Assembly (NCBI RefSeq): GCF_021869535.1 | Contig: NW_026262582.1 | Location: 26,474,001 to 26,538,000 of the forward strand | Length of the DNA: 64,000 nt | Reading direction: 5' to 3' | Source: Mytilus californianus | Lineage: Eukaryota | Shown here: positions 13,447-27,368 of the stretch, piece after piece | Layout of the letters: the number at the start of each line of letters is the position of its first letter | How positions within the stretch are numbered: position 1 is the first letter of the stretch | Translations under genes and position numbers: made by a program | The notes under the pieces: generated by a model | Seen by the model: only the letters and a program-made list of their open reading frames with translations | Told to the model about the DNA's origin: nothing | Databases searched by the model: none

Positions 13447-14623
13447 ATGAGTGGCCGAAAACGGCCAGCGCGGCATGATCCAAATCATCCCATGCGTTGG
13501 AACAAAGAACAATATGTCAGCCATTTGAAGAATATGGGAATTTTAGTCAAGTCTACCCGAAGAGTTAGATATGATTCGACAACTTTATTTTGTAAATCAA
13601 AAGGACATTCAAAATTTAACACAAAGTGATCCGGAACCACATGATAGCAATGTCAATGATGTGCCAGTCGCTGCCGATGAGCAACCTTTCGTAGAGACTA
13701 ACCAACATTCAAACGAGAACAGCACACCTTCACGTACAGATGAAATGTTGAAGGATTGTACTTCCTCGCTATTGTCGGCAAATGTTGAACAAACTTTCCA
13801 CAGACAAGAAGACACTTCAAAAGGGATTGTATTTGCGGAGGATTTACCGAAATTGGACTACGTGTCGACTTCCTTGCGCAAGCAAATTTGAGAAGGTAAG
13901 GACATAAACCTTTCTTCATTACTTTATCCAAAGAACGAGGTTCCCCAAATACGCTCTGTCTTTTCTGAAGGGCTAACTGTAGAGTTATCAGCTCCTACGG
14001 ATCCTCGTCTAGAAAAAAGTTTGACACTTGATGAGTTCAACAAGGCCTTCATGAAATTAAGGAACATCATTTGTAAAGTGTACTCTCAACAGCGAGATGC
14101 ACTCGATCAATACGAGGCCGATATAAATGATATAGCCTGTAACTACGGACCAAGATTTTATAGATATCACAAATTGTTTTTAGCTAAGGCCGCCAATGCT
14201 ATAATAGAACATAACACCGCCATTAACTGGGGAAAGGTAGACGCCTGTCTGTTGCATTTGGCCATGAATGGTTTGCAAAGTAGAGAATGCCAACTCTGTG
14301 GAGATTACGACTACACAACGAAGTTCTGCCAAAAACAAGTATATCAAGAAACTCCTTCATCCGCCCCACAAAACACGACGAACGCTCGTGTGCTAGATAA
14401 ATCAAAAGATAGGTATGGGAGGAGTATAGTTCAAGCAGATGGTCATGATCTGTGTAATAACTTTAATTATGCAACATGCAAATGGAAAGATTGCAAATTT
14501 ACACATGCGTGTCTTAAGTGTAAAAGTAGAGGTCGTGGCTTTAAGACATGTGTTAACAATAACAAGGATACCAGTAATCAAAACAAAACCGCTGATAAGC
14601 CTAAAGTCAAAACAGTTAGGTGA
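13447..14623 (+). pseudogene. Ngaro gag-like ORF1 (frameshifted)
   Basis: MSGRKRPARHDPNHPMRWNKEQY... through LCNNFNYATCKWKDCKFTHACLKC, a C-x7-C-x4-C-x3-H finger of Ngaro type. Confidence 0.75.
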
Positions 14624-14629
14624 CTCGTA

Positions 14630-15848
14630 GTGAATGATGATTTTCCATTATCTCACATCAACGTAAATAACCTTGAAAAAGAATTAACAAAACACCCAGA
14701 TAGGCATTTTGTAAAATATTTATTAGACGGTATAAAAAACGGTTTTGATACCATGGTGACTATAAGAGAATTTCCAAATAAAAATCTACAATTTCCGAAA
14801 TCCAGACAGCATTGATAGTATAATTAAACAAGAGGTTGATAAAGGTTATCTAATGGAGCCATTTAAAAAGCTAACTTTTGATAGGTATCGTGTGAGTCCA
14901 ATAGGTATAGTGGAAGGCAAATATTCAGGGAAAAAGAGGCTAATAGTTGATTTGTCGTCTCAAAAAAGTCACGATCATTCTAGTATTAACGATTTAATCG
15001 ATGAAGATCAATGCTTGCTGTCATACGTTAAAATAGATGATGCAATCAACGCAATTCGGCCGATTTTCAATATTAAATAAAGCGGACATTGCAAATGCAT
15101 TCAAACAATTAGGGATCAAAAGGGAGCAGCATCATTTATACTGTATCAAATAGAGAAATGTATATTACTATTATGTGCATCTTTGTTTTGGCTCACGATC
15201 TTCACCTAAAATATGTGACAATTTGTCAGAAGCAATTTGTTGCATAGCCAAGAACAATTACAATACTCCAGTTATACTTCATCTGCTTGATGATTTTTTA
15301 ACTGTTCAAGCATCTGACACTTCAGGTGACAGAACTATGGCAATAATCACCTTAAATTTTAATAGATTGAATATACCATTATCTAAGAAAAAACTTAAGG
15401 TCCACATACCACATTAGAGTATCTAGAAATTATTTCAGACACAGATAAGATGGAAGCTAGACCTCCACAAGATCAGGTTGAACGTATTATTTACTTCATC
15501 GAAACATTTCTACGTCGACACTCTATTAAAAAACAAGAACTTTTACAACTCTTGGGACATTTCAATTTTGCTGCGAGAGTCATTATACCTGGAAGGACTT
15601 TTGTTACATATCAAATAAACCTATCTACTAAAGTTAATAATCTCAATTACTATGTTTCACTGTCAACCGAATGTCGAGACGATTTAAAGATGTGGTATAT
15701 TTTTCTAAAACAGTGGAACTGCGTCTCCTTTTTCTACGATACTTTCATTACAAGTGCTGCTGACTTGGACTTGTATACAGATGTTGCTTCAACACTTGGC
15801 TTCGGGGGGTACTTCAAGGGACATTGGTTTTGTAGTTCTTGGCCATCG
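14630..15848 (+). pseudogene. Ngaro reverse transcriptase and partial RNase H
   Basis: SPIGIVEGKYSGKKRLIVDLS, LCFGSRSSPKI, LHLLDDFL (YxDD-like), LGHFNFAARVIIPGRTF, LYTDVASTLGFGGYFKGHWF. Confidence 0.9.
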
Positions 15849-16745
15849 GAACACGTACAAAGTATGAGTGTGGGTATTCTGCTTATGCAACCTTCTTACG
15901 AATGACTGGGGTGATTTGGAGTAACTCAGACACGCCTCCGTTAACTGAAGATTCTCTAATTCCCTTCGCTACGCATTGTTTCAAAAACTTGCATTTGAAA
16001 TGTTCTACAATTAAAATGTATATATGTGGAATACGATATAAATATTTAGAGTTTGGGAAGCCTTCGATATTTGGCGACGGTTCTGATAAACCTTATCGAC
16101 TCGGTGCCTTATATAGAGGAATAAAGAAAAATGAGAAAAAATCAACAAAACCTAGACTGCCAATTACCTTCACGATACTACGGGATATTTGTCAGTTTTT
16201 GAGGAAGGTTATTACACGCCGTATATAGACATTCTTTTGGAAGCAGCGTGTGTCACGGCATATTTTGGGTTCTTCGATGTGGTGAATTTACAGTATTACA
16301 TTCTTTTGATTCAGAATGCAATGTGTGTATCGAAGATATCCGGTTTCTAAAGGATAAAGTGACCTTTCATTTGAAAGCTTTTAAAACAGACCCATTTCGT
16401 GAAGGTGTTGATATTCATTTATTTGCGTCGGGAGCTTCGGTTTGACCAGACTTATCTCTGGAACATTACGTGGAATTTCGTAATAGAAAATTTAAAGAGA
16501 GTAAAACACAAAACGCTTTCTTTGTGATGGAGAATAGAAAAGCTTTAACACGAAACTATTTCATTTCTTCTCTTAAAAAGATACTTTCCGTACTTGGATA
16601 CAATTCAGACTTATATAATGCGCATAGCTTTCGCATTGGGGCCAGTACCTCTGCAGGTTCAGTAAAATTGAAGATCACCTTATTCAGACACTCGGACGAT
16701 GGAGTTCACAGTGTTATACTCGATATAGCAGAGCATCTTTGTTAA
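15849..16745 (+). pseudogene. Ngaro tyrosine recombinase (frameshifted)
   Basis: PRLPITFTIL, LRCGEF (catalytic R), LKAFKTDPFREG and HSFRIGAST (H-x-x-R) motifs. Confidence 0.9.
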
Positions 16746-16902
16746 CGATAAAGCAAGCTTAACAAGCATTAGTCGAGTGAAGATTTATTGCTTACATATT
16801 GTACCTAGGCATATATAAATCGCATATGCTTTCATCTTGATTAAATGTTGTTAGTGCCTAGGAGTGTTGGGGAATAAAAATCCCATACGTGTATATATAG
16901 AC

Positions 16903-17800
16903 ATGAGAAGATGTGGTATGAGTGCCAATGGGACAACTCTTTATCCAAGTCAAAATTTATAAAAGTAAACCATTATAGGTCAAAGTACGGTCTTCAACAC
17001 GGAGCCTTGGCTCACACCGAAAAGCATGCTAAAAAGGGTCCCAAAAATTACTAGTGTAGAACCATTCAATCGGGAAAACCAACGGTTCTAGTCTTTATAA
17101 AAAACGAGAAACGAGAAACACTTATGAACCACATATACAAACGACAACTACTGAACATCAGATTCCTGACTTAGGACAGGTGCAAACAATTGCAGCGGGT
17201 TTTAACGTTTTAATGGTACCAAACCTTCACCCTTATCTGAAACATTAGTGTAACATCACAACATAGAAAGACACACTATAAAATATCACTTGAAATGGCT
17301 TAACTCAATCAAAAGACATATTAACACCAGTGAACATACACTGAACAAATATATTTGATCTATGATACAGTGTAAATACAAAATAAATAAACTAAGGGAA
17401 GAATAATTAAAGTAACATGTTCTACCGCTGTGAAATGTTAAACAATTGAAGAAAAACAATATGTTTGAACAAAAATATCAGCCATTTGCAATTACTTTAA
17501 ACACAGGTAAATGAAAATAATTTTGTTGTTAGGTATACGTGTACAGTTCAAATGGAGAAAGGAAATATTTTTACAAAATAAATAATTTTGATGTTTATAG
17601 TACGAAGAAGTGACAACTTATAGTAATACCAAATACTTATGAAAGCTGGTATATAGACTAGATTTAACCTTGAATAAGTACACATTAAATAACAAAAAAG
17701 CATTATAATTAGTATCAACAGGTCAAATACACAAGACAGTACGATTTGAGAGTACTCGCAGTTACTGACAGCTAGTTAAAAGCCAAACACAATTATTAAT
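16903..17800 (+). repeat. Long R1-related interspersed repeat (variant subfamily)
   Basis: Starts atgagaagatgtggtatgagtgccaatgggacaact. Near-identical inverted copy at 19420-19962; its 3' part (gagagtactcgcagttactgacagctagtt) is inverted at about 29590-29640. Confidence 0.85.
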
Positions 17801-18541
17801 AACAAATATAGTCTGTTAATTCACACATGTCAGTTCATTGCCTTTTCGTGGTCAACGGCAAAATCAGTGGCGATTTTACTAAGTGTTTTAGGGGCATAAT
17901 AATCCCCATTGTTTGTATCTGATATTGGTTTAAAGTGTATTTTGATAGTGTTGGGGCATAATAATGCGCATATTATGTAAATAAATATTGAGGTGTCATT
18001 GTCCTTATTGTGTCTTCCTTGGTTATGTGTAAAAGTAATTGCTAAAAACATAGAAATTGTTAATTACCACAATCAGTGACGTAACATTTTCATTGAATGA
18101 GACGATGATTAAGCATTTGAGATCAAGTTATTCAGTATGACAGTTACCGATATTCTTGATATTTGCACTAACTGATTAATTATGTACATAATAAATCATT
18201 ATAGTATAGCCGAAGCTGAGAACTTTATTATCAAAAGTTCCTTGACATGTTTCAGAAAGTCATGTTAAGGTCAAGTAGCTAGAACATTGAAATTTCATAA
18301 AGATCGTAACATTTCTTCTCATTTCCCGCTGAGGTAGACGGTAGTTAATCAGAACACTTGTGCTTAGCAGTTGTAAATTTTACAATGTTTTCCAGCACGC
18401 CTGAATTACATACTGATAAACGATTAGTATTGAATGTTTTAATAGCTATATCTCTATTCCCATCTGATATTACGTTCATTAGTATATTATTTCACATATT
18501 GAGATATATTAATTTGATTACAAATCTTTGTTCAAGAGATA

Positions 18542-18748
18542 CTGTAAATTCAGAAATTAATGCGTGCATTTATTATTGCTATTTTTGAAGAAAATACAAA
18601 AATGCGAGATTTATTCTTGCGATTTCAGAAAAATCTGCATACAGATATATGAATCATCTATTAAAATGCGAATTCTTATCATTACGATACTCACCCAGTC
18701 GCATTATTTGCATTAATAAAAACCTTGCAATAATTCCTAAATTTACAG
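18542..18748. mobile_element. Tc1/mariner-type MITE
   Basis: ta|ctgtaaattcagaaatta ... taattcctaaatttacag|ta: imperfect TIRs with TA on both sides. Confidence 0.75.
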
Positions 18749-19419
18749 TAGTGTTGTGCTGATTGTAGGGGGATTTTTCTTGTTTATATTGCAAGTTACT
18801 AAAATAGACAGAAGTTCTGTAAGTAAAGATGTTTTATTTTCAGGTTCCAAAAATCAAGTCTACATTGTATATTCAATAAACAATTACAATCAATTATGAA
18901 TAAATCATGCATCCATAAATCAATAAACAATGATCAGCCTTTACAGTCTCACATACAACTTATTTCAAAGGGGAATAACTCATCAGGGGAATTAACTCTG
19001 TAACTTTCAATAGTTATATTTCTTTAAAAAGGGGGGAACCTAACTCAAGAGCCTTACTCGCATATTTTCTTTAATTGCATAACTAAATATATTTCTTTGA
19101 ACATTCCAGATAATTCACAATACTAAATCAATGCTGTCTCTTAATAATTGCCTTTTCATAAATTTAAGTTAACTTACTAATCAAAACAGGTACATGTACT
19201 TAATACTCTAAATTGAAAAAGGGACTTTATATTTCTAATAATTAAAATGTTGTATGCAAGACTTGCTAATAACATAAAGGAAATGATATGTGTATATTTT
19301 ACTATCTGAATCAATCTAAATTCTAAGTATTCAAAATATTAACATGTACCTGTGTTTAAAGTTATTGCAAATGGATGGTATTTTTGTTCGAGCATATTGT
19401 TTTTCTTTAATTGTTTAAC

Positions 19420-19962
19420 ACTTCTTACCGATATAACATGTTACTTTTTTTATTATTCTTCCCTTAGTTTATTTATTTTGTATTTAAATTGTGTCATAGG
19501 TCAAATTTATTTGTTCAGTGTATGTTCAATGGTGTTAATATGTCTTTTGATTTAGTTAAGCTATTTCAGTTGATATTTTATAGTGTGTCTTTCTATGTTG
19601 TGATGTTACACTATTGTTTCAGAAAAAGGGTGAAGGTTTGGTACCATTAAAACGTTTAAACCCGCTGCATTTGTTTGCACCTGTCCTAAGTCAGGAATCT
19701 GATGTTCAGTAGTTGTCGTTTGTTGATGTGGTTCATAAGTGTTTCTCGTTTCTCGTTTTTTATATAGATTAGACCGTTGGTTTTCCCGTTTGAATGGTTT
19801 TACACTAGTAATTTTTTGGGGCCCTTTATAGCTTACGGTTCAGTGTGAGCCAAGGCTCCGAGTTGAAGACCGTACTGTGACCTATAGTGGTTTACTTTTA
19901 TAGATTTTTACTTGGATGGAGAGTTGTCTCATTGGCACTCATGCCACATCTTCTTATATCTA
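19420..19962 (-). repeat. R1-related repeat, inverted copy of 16903-17400
   Basis: gtcctaagtcaggaatctgatgttcagtagttgtcgtttg...gagttgtctcattggcactcatgccacatcttc. Confidence 0.85.
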
Positions 19963-20246
19963 TAAATCACAATATAGCTACATTATATAATGAATACCTC
20001 AGTCTCCAGGCTTCAAACATTTCTGCAATTTCTGTAAGTTAAACTTATTGAAATAATCAGTAAAATTAGGGTTTTGAAGATTGTGCGTGTTCAGAATCTT
20101 TAGCGATATAAATTTACACTCAAAATTATCTCCCATGAACTAAGTAATACGTAAGATTCAGATTACCGAACGTCAAGAACTCTTTTGTACAGGAAGGTAC
20201 GTAAATCGTATGACGTCGGGGCAACTATTTGTTTACATTGACGACA

Positions 20247-22729
20247 ATGGACTCTGATTTCAAGAATAAAAACGTCCCGGAAATCAAACAGTTCTTAAAA
20301 AACAGAGGGGTAAAAACAACTGGATATAAAAAAAAACAAATTAGTTGAACTAGCAGAAGAAGCTGAATTACAAAAGATTCCCCCTTTTGAACCAGACAAT
20401 TAAATATTCGCAAATAAAATACGCCGAACTGTAGATGGTGTTGTGTTGCCGCATCCCAGGACTGTTATTGATTGGTCTGAAGATTTAAATGCAATTCCAA
20501 TAATTGAAGCGTTTGATGTTAATCATTATTTAAAAAAACATTTGTAACTGGACAAATGAACGTTTGAAAGGCTATAAAAATGACAACAGTTACCGTCTTC
20601 ATTCTGATGGACATATCCGTGATGTTAGGCAGTCTAAATTTCACAACGATATACATTATGTAAAAGCAGCATGTGTACCAGAAGAGAGACAGTCTGCTGA
20701 CCCATACGAAGTTTGGGTAGTGGTCCTATTTGATGGGTCAATACATTCAGCAGAATGTACATGTGTGGCGTAAGTTTTTACATGCATAATCCGAGTCCGA
20801 GGGTGTGGATGCCGATGGGGTTTACAGAATAGAGAATAATGGGCAGAAACATATTAATGGGGTGTTAAAATATAAAGAATAACTTAACAAAAATAATGAA
20901 TTGGTTAAAATATATACTGATTACAGAAAAGAATAATATTAAGAATACAGTTATCAAGTAATTACAGCTAGAATACTGATTAGCCATTATTTTTTTAAGA
21001 TAAAAAAAGAATATAATGAGCGAAAAAAAAAATTTAAAAACTAAATAATCCCATCAAGAAATGAAAATAGATTCTTTAAGACAACAGCTCATGCAATTTA
21101 TATTTTTTTCTATGTTCATTGTGTTGTAATTAAAATATGAAACAATTGCATTAAAAAAATTGAATTGTAAATTAATTTTGATATCCTCAATTCCACTTGT
21201 AAGGTTGGATTTGCACACAATGTGAACTGTTGTGATATAAGTTGAATCTAAATTTGAATCTGTAAGGAAAGTTGGTCTTGTGTATTTTTATTATGTCATC
21301 TGTTTATGATCTTTAACCTACATGTACCATATTGTCTGTTCACTCAAAATTAACTGTAAAGGGCACATAAAATTAATTTCTAGTTTTTTCTCTCAGAATT
21401 ATCACCTTCAAAAAAGGGATGCAAACAAGCGTGGAAAAACAACATAGTCATAAGTTGATTTTTCAGAGACAAAAGAATGTTTTTTTCAAGCAACATAAAT
21501 TTTATTTATTTATTTTTTAAATATAGAGAAACAGTGTTATTTAAATGTTTAAACCCTCGAGCCCTTCTAATAAACAAATACTTGAGTGTATATAATTGTT
21601 TTACAGTGGTGATGGAACATGTAAGCACGTGGCAGCACTCATGTTCGGGATGCAAAGATTTTGTCAGGATTTGTCCGATAGATATGATGTTTCTGTTACT
21701 GACAAGGCAGCTAAATGGGTTAACCCAGTCAGGACATCAATCAGCTCCAGCTAAAATCACCTCTTTAGATCTGAGGAGTGAGCCTAAAGGACAACCACCA
21801 ATTAAACCAACAAGTGACCTTCTTGTCATAACATGTCACCTCATGCTGTAGAAAAAGAAATGCTGCGGTTAATAAAATCAGAAAACTTACCAGCATGCGC
21901 AGCTTATGTTCTGTCAGATAGATCTGGTTCTGAGTATGATTTTGAGTGTGTGCCTGTCAACATGCTAGATCTAGCAACACAATTTAATAATGATGATTCA
22001 TCAAATGATTCACTTGAATCTTTTATTGAGCACATACATAGAAATATCCCTGATAATTATTTCACTGATATATTCGAAAAGACTATCAGTCAGAGTGATA
22101 GTGATTTGTGGTTTTATCAGAGACATGGCAGAATAACTGCTTCCATTTTATATAGTTGTCTTCATTTTTCAGGAAGAAACCCTGATGGTCATCTAGTCAA
22201 ACTCATTTTAGGTCTTGCAAACAGTGTTAATTCAGACTTGCCTGCTTCAAGACATTGACAAAAATATAAACATGTTGCTAGAGAGTCTTATCTTCATGAC
22301 AAAAAAAACTTGCATGATAATTTAGAATGTAAATTATCTGGATTTGTAATTGACAACAACATTCCTTACTTAGGTTGCTCTCCTGATGGTCTACTAGAGT
22401 GTAAATGCTGTGGACAAGGTTGTTTGGAAATAAAATGTCCATATAAATTTTCCGAAGAAACTCCCATCAATGCTGCTTGTTTAGACAAAACAAACTTTCA
22501 CATAGAAAATGATACTCCACTTATGAAGAGAAATGACACATCTCCGTATTACTGTCAAATTCAATGTCAGCTTGCAGTTACTAAAAGAAAATGGTGTGAT
22601 TTTGTATTATTTACTTTTAAAGGTGTACATCATGAGATAATACCATTTAATGAACAATTTTTGTCTAATGTTTTACCAAAACTTGCATCATTCTACAGTT
22701 CATATGTTCTACCAAAACTTCTGCTATAG
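20247..22729 (+). pseudogene. ISL2EU accessory gene: SAP-like + SWIM zinc finger + YqaJ (lambda-exonuclease) domain; exons 20247-20769 and 21607-22729
   Basis: FKNKNVPEIKQFLKNRGVKTTG (SAP-like). The GT/AG intron joins ECTCVA|GDGTCKHVAALMFG (SWIM). LGCSPDGL..CLEIKCPY..YYCQIQCQL..WCDFV is the YqaJ motif set. Several frameshifts and a TGA at 22256-22258. Confidence 0.88.
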
Positions 22730-23320
22730 CGGTCAGAATTACACATGTACCAGTTAATTACTTTGTTTGAAGTTAGTACCATTCACAATATAAAGCAGTG
22801 ATAAGGTTTGGTTATATAATTTAATTTGATTAAACATAACAAAAATAAACTATATTTAACATAATAAATAGATAAATATCATCTTTTATTTTAAGACATC
22901 TAATGAGATAAGTTGCTTTCATTATTTAAAAACATAATGTAAATATTCTCTATTCTAAATTTATATAAGACAACTCTTTCAAATTGGAGATAACCTACTA
23001 GTTTGCATAGACGTGTACATCTATTATTTTTGACAAAATCTTAACCACAAAATTTTAATTATGAATATATGATAAAGCCATATTTCCACTACTTTTCAAT
23101 TTTTGAAAGAAAATTTTAGAACAGAATAATTCGCTTATCAAACTGTTGATATTTTTTTAATTTGTATTATTAACATGATTAACAAAATGATTAATAAAAG
23201 AAAAAAAGAAACACTGAGAAAAAAAAAATTGCCAATCATTGCTCCTTTAATTAATATATATGTCAAATTAATTTCAAATGATAAAACAGAGCACGTTTTA
23301 TAACTTTTGAACTAACGGTT

Positions 23321-24398
23321 TCATGAGGTTACAAAAAATGCTGCAACCTTAAGAGCCTGATTAGCAACAGAAAGTGAATTTATTGGCATAACACCACTTA
23401 AGAACTTATAAGATTTCAGTCTCTGGATTGATATTTCTACATGTATTCTCAAAGAGGCTATGGATTTTGATTCCTTAATCTCCTTTGCCGTAAGGCATCT
23501 TCCTTTTCCATGTTTACATGGTCTGGTAAACGGTGGCATATTTAAGGTGGCACCTTTTGATAATAATAAGTCTTTGATTAAAAACCCTCTGTCAGCCATT
23601 ACATGATCCCCCTTTTCAATCATATCAATGAATCCACTTCTTTCTGTAATGCTCCTATCAGAAATGTTGCCAGTCCATAAGTCAGATATAAACAAAAAAG
23701 CGTCATTTGGTGTAACACCTACAAGTGTTTTAAAAGTGTTCTTTGACTTGTAATTTGACCACGTTTTTGACTGTGCTGTTGGGTTTCTTGGTCTCTGCAC
23801 ATAAAATTCAGTAGCATCGATGATTACACGAGTGTTGGGATATATTCTACGAAATGATAGAGGCATGTGTTTTTTTTATATTTTCCTTAGATGGCCATTT
23901 AATAAGTGGTCCTAAACATTGTGCCATTAAAGATATCCAAGTCGTGAAAACCCTGCTAATTGTTGACTGTGAAACACCAAACAAAAGAGACAACACATAT
24001 GTGTTTAGTCCTAGCCTTAACCTCAAAAGAGTTATAATAAATTCTTCAAAAAAAGTCAACTTCCGTGAAGCCCCAGGTTTTTTCTTATTATTTACTTGCC
24101 ATCTTTTACCGTCACTTGAGTCGGGACCCATCCAGTATTTCATTTTTGAAGCATGTCCTTCCAATAATTTAAAAATTCCAAAAAGCATTGAAATACTTGG
24201 CAGTCCGAGAAAACATTTAACATTACTATTTGATTTGGTCAACTTTTCAACAAGTTTGTCCTTTAGCAGTTCATCTGTATTATTAAACTTCCCATTTAAA
24301 TTTTTATTTTCCTCTTTGGTAGTATGTAGTTCAACTTGTAGCAATTTAACTTGCTTCCGTAGCTGGTTATTATCTGTCTTATATCTTTGACATTTTTG
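23321..24398 (-). pseudogene. ISL2EU transposase main exon (HTH + DDE_Tnp_4 type)
   Basis: LLRLRLGLNTYVLSLLFGVSQSTISRVF (HTH), IIDATE, MADRGF and RIHVE (D, D, E). One frameshift in the homopolymer run near 23870. Confidence 0.92.
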
Positions 24399-24739
24399 CT
24401 GTGAAAAAAAGTAATAATTATAAATATAATCAATGCAAACAATTTATGAAATAATTTTGTATTTTTTATTTACTTTAGTCAAGTTGGTAACAATTAAACA
24501 ATGCAGTTGTATGATCGATTGATTTTTGGTTGTTTAACATTCAGTGGCAAATATTTCATGCATGTTCAGAACGAAATACAGTTGTTATATTGTAAAATGA
24601 CTAATAAAAAACAGTTAATACTATATTTCAACATGTCTAACATGTCTAAGTTGGATTACAAATTTAAAAAGTAAATATATATTTAGTAAAATGTTTGAAT
24701 AGATCATATATAATATTGATGTATTAATTTGAATATAAA

Positions 24740-25709
24740 TTAAATGCTTCGCTGAGCGCGGCCTGATACGACCGCAGAGGTCGAACCCTGAACAGTTGGG
24801 GCAAATTTGGACACAATATTCAAGCTTGATACTGTCTGAATTTGGATTGTAATCAAATTTTTGACATAATATAGGTTTCTGACACAAAATAAATGTGGTC
24901 AAAGATCTTATAAATCCATTGCGCAATACTGTGCAATTGAAGATTTCTTCTTGAAACTTTTCATAAATTCGAAATTTTAAAAATTTTGAAAAAAAATGAA
25001 TCTCTTAAAATAAATTGGGGAAAAAATTCCCCCCCAAACGTTTTAACCCCCCCCCCCCCCCCTTGGAGCAATAACCCAAAAACTCAATCTCAGTCTTTCC
25101 TTTGTAGTATGGAACCTTGTAGTACAATTTCAGAGAGATCCATACACTTACACACAAGTTATTGTCTGGAAACTAGAAAAATGCTTGTTGTTAGCCCTTT
25201 TTTGGCCTCTAATTCCTACATGTTTAGAGCAATTAAGTCCAAACTCAATCCTAGCCTTCCCATTGTTATATGGAACCTTGTGGTATAATGTCAGAGAGAT
25301 CCATACACTTACACACAAGTAATTGTCTGGAAACTAGAAAAATGCTTGTTTTTGGTCACTTTTTGGCCCTTAATTTCTAAACTGTTGGCCCCATAACCCC
25401 TAAAATGGGTCCCAACCTTCTACTTATGGTATTAAACAGTGTGGTACAATTTCAGAGCAATCTAAATCCTTATACACAAGTTATTATCCTGAAACTAGAA
25501 AAATGCTTGTTTTGGACCCCTTTTAGGGCCCCTAATTTCTAAACGGTTTGGACCATCATCCCCAAAATCAATCCCAACCTTCCTTTTGTGGTACTAAACC
25601 TTCTTAAAAAATTTCATAAAGTTATTGTCGTGAAACCAATGTGTCTTCGGACGACGCAGACGACATCATACCATTATACGATCCCAAAAATTTTTTGCGA
25701 TCGTATAAA
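24740..25709 (+). mobile_element. Helentron-associated non-autonomous element nested in the transposase intron
   Basis: About three ~160-bp tandem units (ggaaccttgt..atttcagagagatccatacacttacacacaag..ctggaaactagaaaaatgcttg), gacgac remnants, and a terminal hairpin ttatacgatc..gatcgtataa at 25673-25708. Confidence 0.7.
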
Positions 25710-27006
25710 CACCTTGCTTCCTACATTATATCATTTTTGAAGTACATGTATAAGCTGTCATCTAATGAATTAAAAACAAATCAATTTTTGATTGAAATAT
25801 TATTTCTATAGTTCAGAAAGATTAAAAAATATCTATTACATGGCTTTTGAATCTTATATCCAATGGATGAATTTTCAATATCAAATAAAATCAATGAAAA
25901 CTTCAGTTAAGATAATTTAAAAAAAAATCTCACTTAATTTCACACCTCTAAGGTGTTGTTATTTTCAATTAATAACACATTTTTCTTCAATGGAGACATC
26001 TTCACTCACTTCAGTGCTAAAGCAATAAGTGTGGTCTAAACTTGGCTTTTCAATGTAGGAAATTACTGAAAGTAAGTAAATATGAACAGTACCATTTGAA
26101 TTAGAATTATTTGACTACAATGTACATCAGTTAGGCTCTTAGACCGGTTGATTTAAAAGAATTAAAGTACAAAATGTGTAATTCAGAAAGTTGAAGTAAG
26201 TAATTATCTTGTGGGAACTAGAACCATAACTCTCATAACACATATTTTTTCTACTGGACCTATAAGACTGTCCACCAGTATCCCAGTTGATGGTGTAGTG
26301 TGCAGACACAATTCATGTGCGACTCATATTTATCTTTGCAAAATACTTTTTACATTTTGGTTTTTAAGTTAAGTTTATTTTGTGATAAAATAATATTGGC
26401 AATTATTTTATCTTGACATTGTGAAGATAAATTGTTTTAAATTTGATATTTTACTTTTATATTTGTATTTTAATTAAAATAATATTATAATTGTTATTTA
26501 GCATTGTTTACTAACTGATTTTATATCGTCATTGATCAGCATTCATCAAAATTGTTATTGTTAAATTAAATTATGAAAACCTTCTATGCATTTTAACTAT
26601 ATGCCTATCAGAACATGCAGTCATGCAATAGACTGACCCCCATGTTCCTTGGTTCAGTTACATGTAGCTCCCTCTGATTTAACAGTACAATGGTGGCACA
26701 CTTACTTTTCAGGATGAAAAATGTTGTCCTGTCTATTTATTTTTCCCTCTATTCGGTCCTGCCTTTTTATTTTTCACTCTATTCGGTCCTGTTTTTTTTT
26801 TTTAGTTTATCCTGACTTTTTTTTTAAATAAATTGTCATCCTGCCTTTTTTTTTTTAGCAAATAATCTCATCATGCCTTTTTTTTACTCAAAACTCCTGT
26901 CCTGCCTATTTTTTTCAAATTTCATCCTAGCCCCCCCCCCCCCCCTCCCCCCCCCCCCCTGAAAATAAAATGGTAGCTCCCTAATTTCAACTATTTTGTT
27001 ACTTAC

Positions 27007-27368
27007 TGTGTTGTGAAAATTAATTGTTCAATGGGACGTAAATGACTGTTCTTGGTGTCTCTTGGTGTTCCAGTTTTGTAGTTGTTGTAGGCAAAAAGGG
27101 TTGGGACTGCATTTTCCTTCGTAGGTCTTCCTTCAATAAAATGACGGGAGCAAAGTGCATGCCAGTGACAATTTGGGTCGGGATTAAACCCTTCCCTTCT
27201 TATCTGAGACAACCAGAGCTTCCTTAGTTTAGGATTCTTTTAGGCTGAAGGAAGTACATGAAAGTCGACGATACATCCATTTAAAACCATATCAGGATAC
27301 TTTAGGGCATTATGTTTCTTTTGTGAATCGTTGGAGCAACCCTCCGCTATGCAGTGAAAATTCACCAT
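27007..27368 (-). pseudogene. ISL2EU transposase first exon: THAP zinc finger
   Basis: MVNFHCIAEGCSN...LP..*..LWLSQIRR...LCSRHF...AVPTLF matches the THAP C2CH plus AVPTIF box. One in-frame TAA near 27240; donor gtaagt at 27006-27001. Confidence 0.88.

Larger units (their letters stand above)
13260..16890 (+). mobile_element. Decayed Ngaro-type DIRS (tyrosine-recombinase) retrotransposon; boundaries approximate
   Basis: gag with CCCH finger, then RT, RNase H and YR in that order, with no methyltransferase domain; many frameshifts. The terminal split repeats could not be resolved. Confidence 0.85.

Noticed and set aside
23854-24390. 178-aa plus-strand ORF
   Set aside because: It is the antisense shadow of the minus-strand transposase exon and has no motifs.
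24986-25288. 100-aa ORF with poly-proline
   Set aside because: It arises from a poly-C run and tandem units in the Helentron-type element.
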